Assembly (NCBI RefSeq): GCF_032191835.1 | Contig: NC_083243.1 | Span: 170,562,001-170,626,000 of the forward strand | Reading direction: 5' to 3' | DNA: 64,000 nucleotides | Source: Heteronotia binoei | Lineage: Eukaryota | Shown here: positions 61,940 through 64,000 of the stretch, one piece after another | How positions within the stretch are numbered: the stretch's first letter is position 1 | How the letters are laid out: each line of letters opens with the position of its first letter | The notes under the pieces: generated by a model | Seen by the model: only the letters and a program-made list of their open reading frames with translations | Database searches by the model: none | Told to the model about the DNA's origin: nothing | Made by a program: the position numbers and the translations under genes

Positions 61940-64000
61940 AGGTGGCCAGCAGGGGGCATAGAATTGAGTTTGTGACATGCTTTCCAGTCATGTATGAGCA
62001 ACAACTTTCCAGCACTTAATTTTTTTTAAAAAAATGAGTATGGTTTATAATTGGGTCCTTTGATTTCTTTTAGCCTCATTCTGTATTTTCTAATTAAATA
62101 GCAGCTGTGTTTAGCCAAAGGGTGACTTATTTAATTAGAGATGCTTAAAGCAATTAGAAGTTATTTAAAACCACATGCTGGAAGTTATTTGGCAATCCTT
62201 GTGGTTTTGCCTCCTGTTCAGGGGAGGATGCCGTGCTGCGGTTTCTTTCATGGACTCTAGAACTCCGAGTGCCCCCCGCTGTGGCTGGAAAGGGCAGCAG
62301 AAGTTTCAGACACAATTAAGGACAGGTGTGTTTTTGCATGTCAATCCTATTGCATATGATTTGTTCTCAAGATTTTCTATAGTGACACTTTTTAGACTTT
62401 ATTCCTTTGGGGGAAATGCTTTCTGCCTCAGTGGGTATACCAAGAAAATGTCTGTGTATATTTCCTGGAACCCTTGCAAGAGACAAAAAAGATTCTGAGG
62501 TATACTCTAGGCTAGGACATGCAGATAGTGCTGGTATTGGTTGGGGCCAAGGTGGGCGGCCTTCACCCGAGGTGAACTGGGAATTTGTCATAGAACAATC
62601 TGCATGTTATATGGGAATTTCAGGAGTGCTGAGTGAGTTGGCTTCCTAGCCATTAGGCATGAGTAGCTGATCATGAGCTTGTAAGGAACCCCAGGGTTCC
62701 TTGGAAGAGACTGAATAGCCTGTGGGCTATTTGTGGAACTCTCTGTCACATCCATTTCTGCAAAAATGAGAAGAAGAAGGAAGAATCTTGCCAAAGGTCA
62801 CTAGTCAGGCCACCAGTCAGCAATATTTGGAGTTATTTCCAAGCCTCTCAGCTAATTTTTGCCTATTGCATATTTTCTTTAATCAAATTCCTTTCCCTCC
62901 ATTTCTCCCCTAATGGCCTGTTTTACAGCCTGACTGAATGAGTCTCGTGGGATCCCAAATAATTGCTGGCTCAACAGCTCTCCTGCTGGTGCTGCTGGGA
63001 TTCAGTTCTGTGCTGCACCCCCACCAATCCTTATCCTTTCCACAACTTCTGTAATGCTGTTAGAGGGGGTTTCTCTGGTTAATGGAGTGAGGCTGGCTAT
63101 TTCTGTGCTTTCCAGGTGTAGATGGCCACTTGAGCTGCAGCAAAGCAAGCCTATGCTTGTCCCACCAAAGCAGAAGTTGCCCCTTAATGTTCAGACAGGC
63201 TTGCCTGATTCTTATGCATCCAATTAGGCCTGCAGCCACCCTCAGGCTTCATCACCTTGCTTGGCATTCCCATTGTATGCAATGAACTGCTGATTAGAAC
63301 AATGGAAATGCTCTTCTGCCTTCAGGGGCACTGTTCCCTAGTCCTGCTCACCCTGCTAATTAGCCACCTTTACTTCTCTTCACCTGCCCTTTCCAAAAAT
63401 CAAATCGCTTAGCTGCATTTCTGGTTCCAGTTAAATGAGACTGGACTACCTCATAATAACTTGATGCGAGGTTATTCTTAACAATCATTTTATCTGTCAC
63501 GGCAGTATCAGGTCTTGTAGCATTTCTTTCTGTGGGATGGAGGTTTTTGGAACGATGCTCATCCGAGGACTGTCGGAGAAGGACTGAACAGAGGAATTAC
63601 AGGCTGAATGTAATACGCAACACATTGAAACTTCTTGGAATGAGCTGTGTTTCCGAACTGTATAAACAAGCTCAAAGCATTTCTCTGCTGGCACTGTTCC
63701 ATGTGGTGTCAAAAATAAATTGGAAAAAATGCGAATGAGAAAGGTGTTGCCTGCCACAAAATGGGGAGATCTCAGGTTAGAAAAATGTGCTCAAACTTTG
63801 GCAGGGAATGAATCATTGATGAACTGGGAGGAGGGAGTAGCACAAGGACTCAGTTCTGGGTCTGCCTGTGCTATTCATAGTTTTCATGAATGTGCATGAT
63901 GGAGGGTAGAACATGTTTGCCTACATCCTTAGGAATATAAAACTTAGACTTCCATTTTTGTAGAGGACAGAGTGAAAATGGGAAATGACATTGATAAACG

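Noticed and set aside
62000-64000. Start of the expected next syntenic gene (SLC43A1)
   Set aside because: No CpG island or recognisable exon peptide in this stretch.

Overview
Vertebrate genomic DNA from a squamate reptile, probably a gecko. This is inferred from its repeats: Sauria SINEs, Squam-type and 5S-derived SINEs, BovB, CR1, L2, L1 and hAT elements. Three spliced genes can be read directly, in the order known from human 11q12. UBE2L6 is on + with coding exons at 9066-9161, 9458-9644 and 9787-9941; its short first coding exon was not found. SMTNL1 is on - with seven coding exons from 26711 down to 15470 (425 aa). TIMM10 is on + with coding exons at 52433-52503 and 56401-56602 (90 aa). 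The rest is introns, intergenic DNA and transposons, many with readable target-site duplications (TSDs), plus two N gaps. The most unusual feature is a ~5.5 kb non-autonomous hAT-like element (2526-8062) upstream of the UBE2L6 exons, filled with palindromes and tandem arrays. Other notable items are an internally deleted 7SK retrocopy with a 12-bp TSD, a locally templated insertion inside a SINE, an in-frame BovB/L2 junction, a full-length L1 with a TAATG stop-start overlap, an ISRE upstream of UBE2L6, and lineage-specific changes at known functional residues of UBE2L6 and SMTNL1. I found no convincing new protein-coding system; the long six-frame ORFs at 4.3-8.0 kb are repeat artefacts. All calls are by-eye recognition and no database searches were run.
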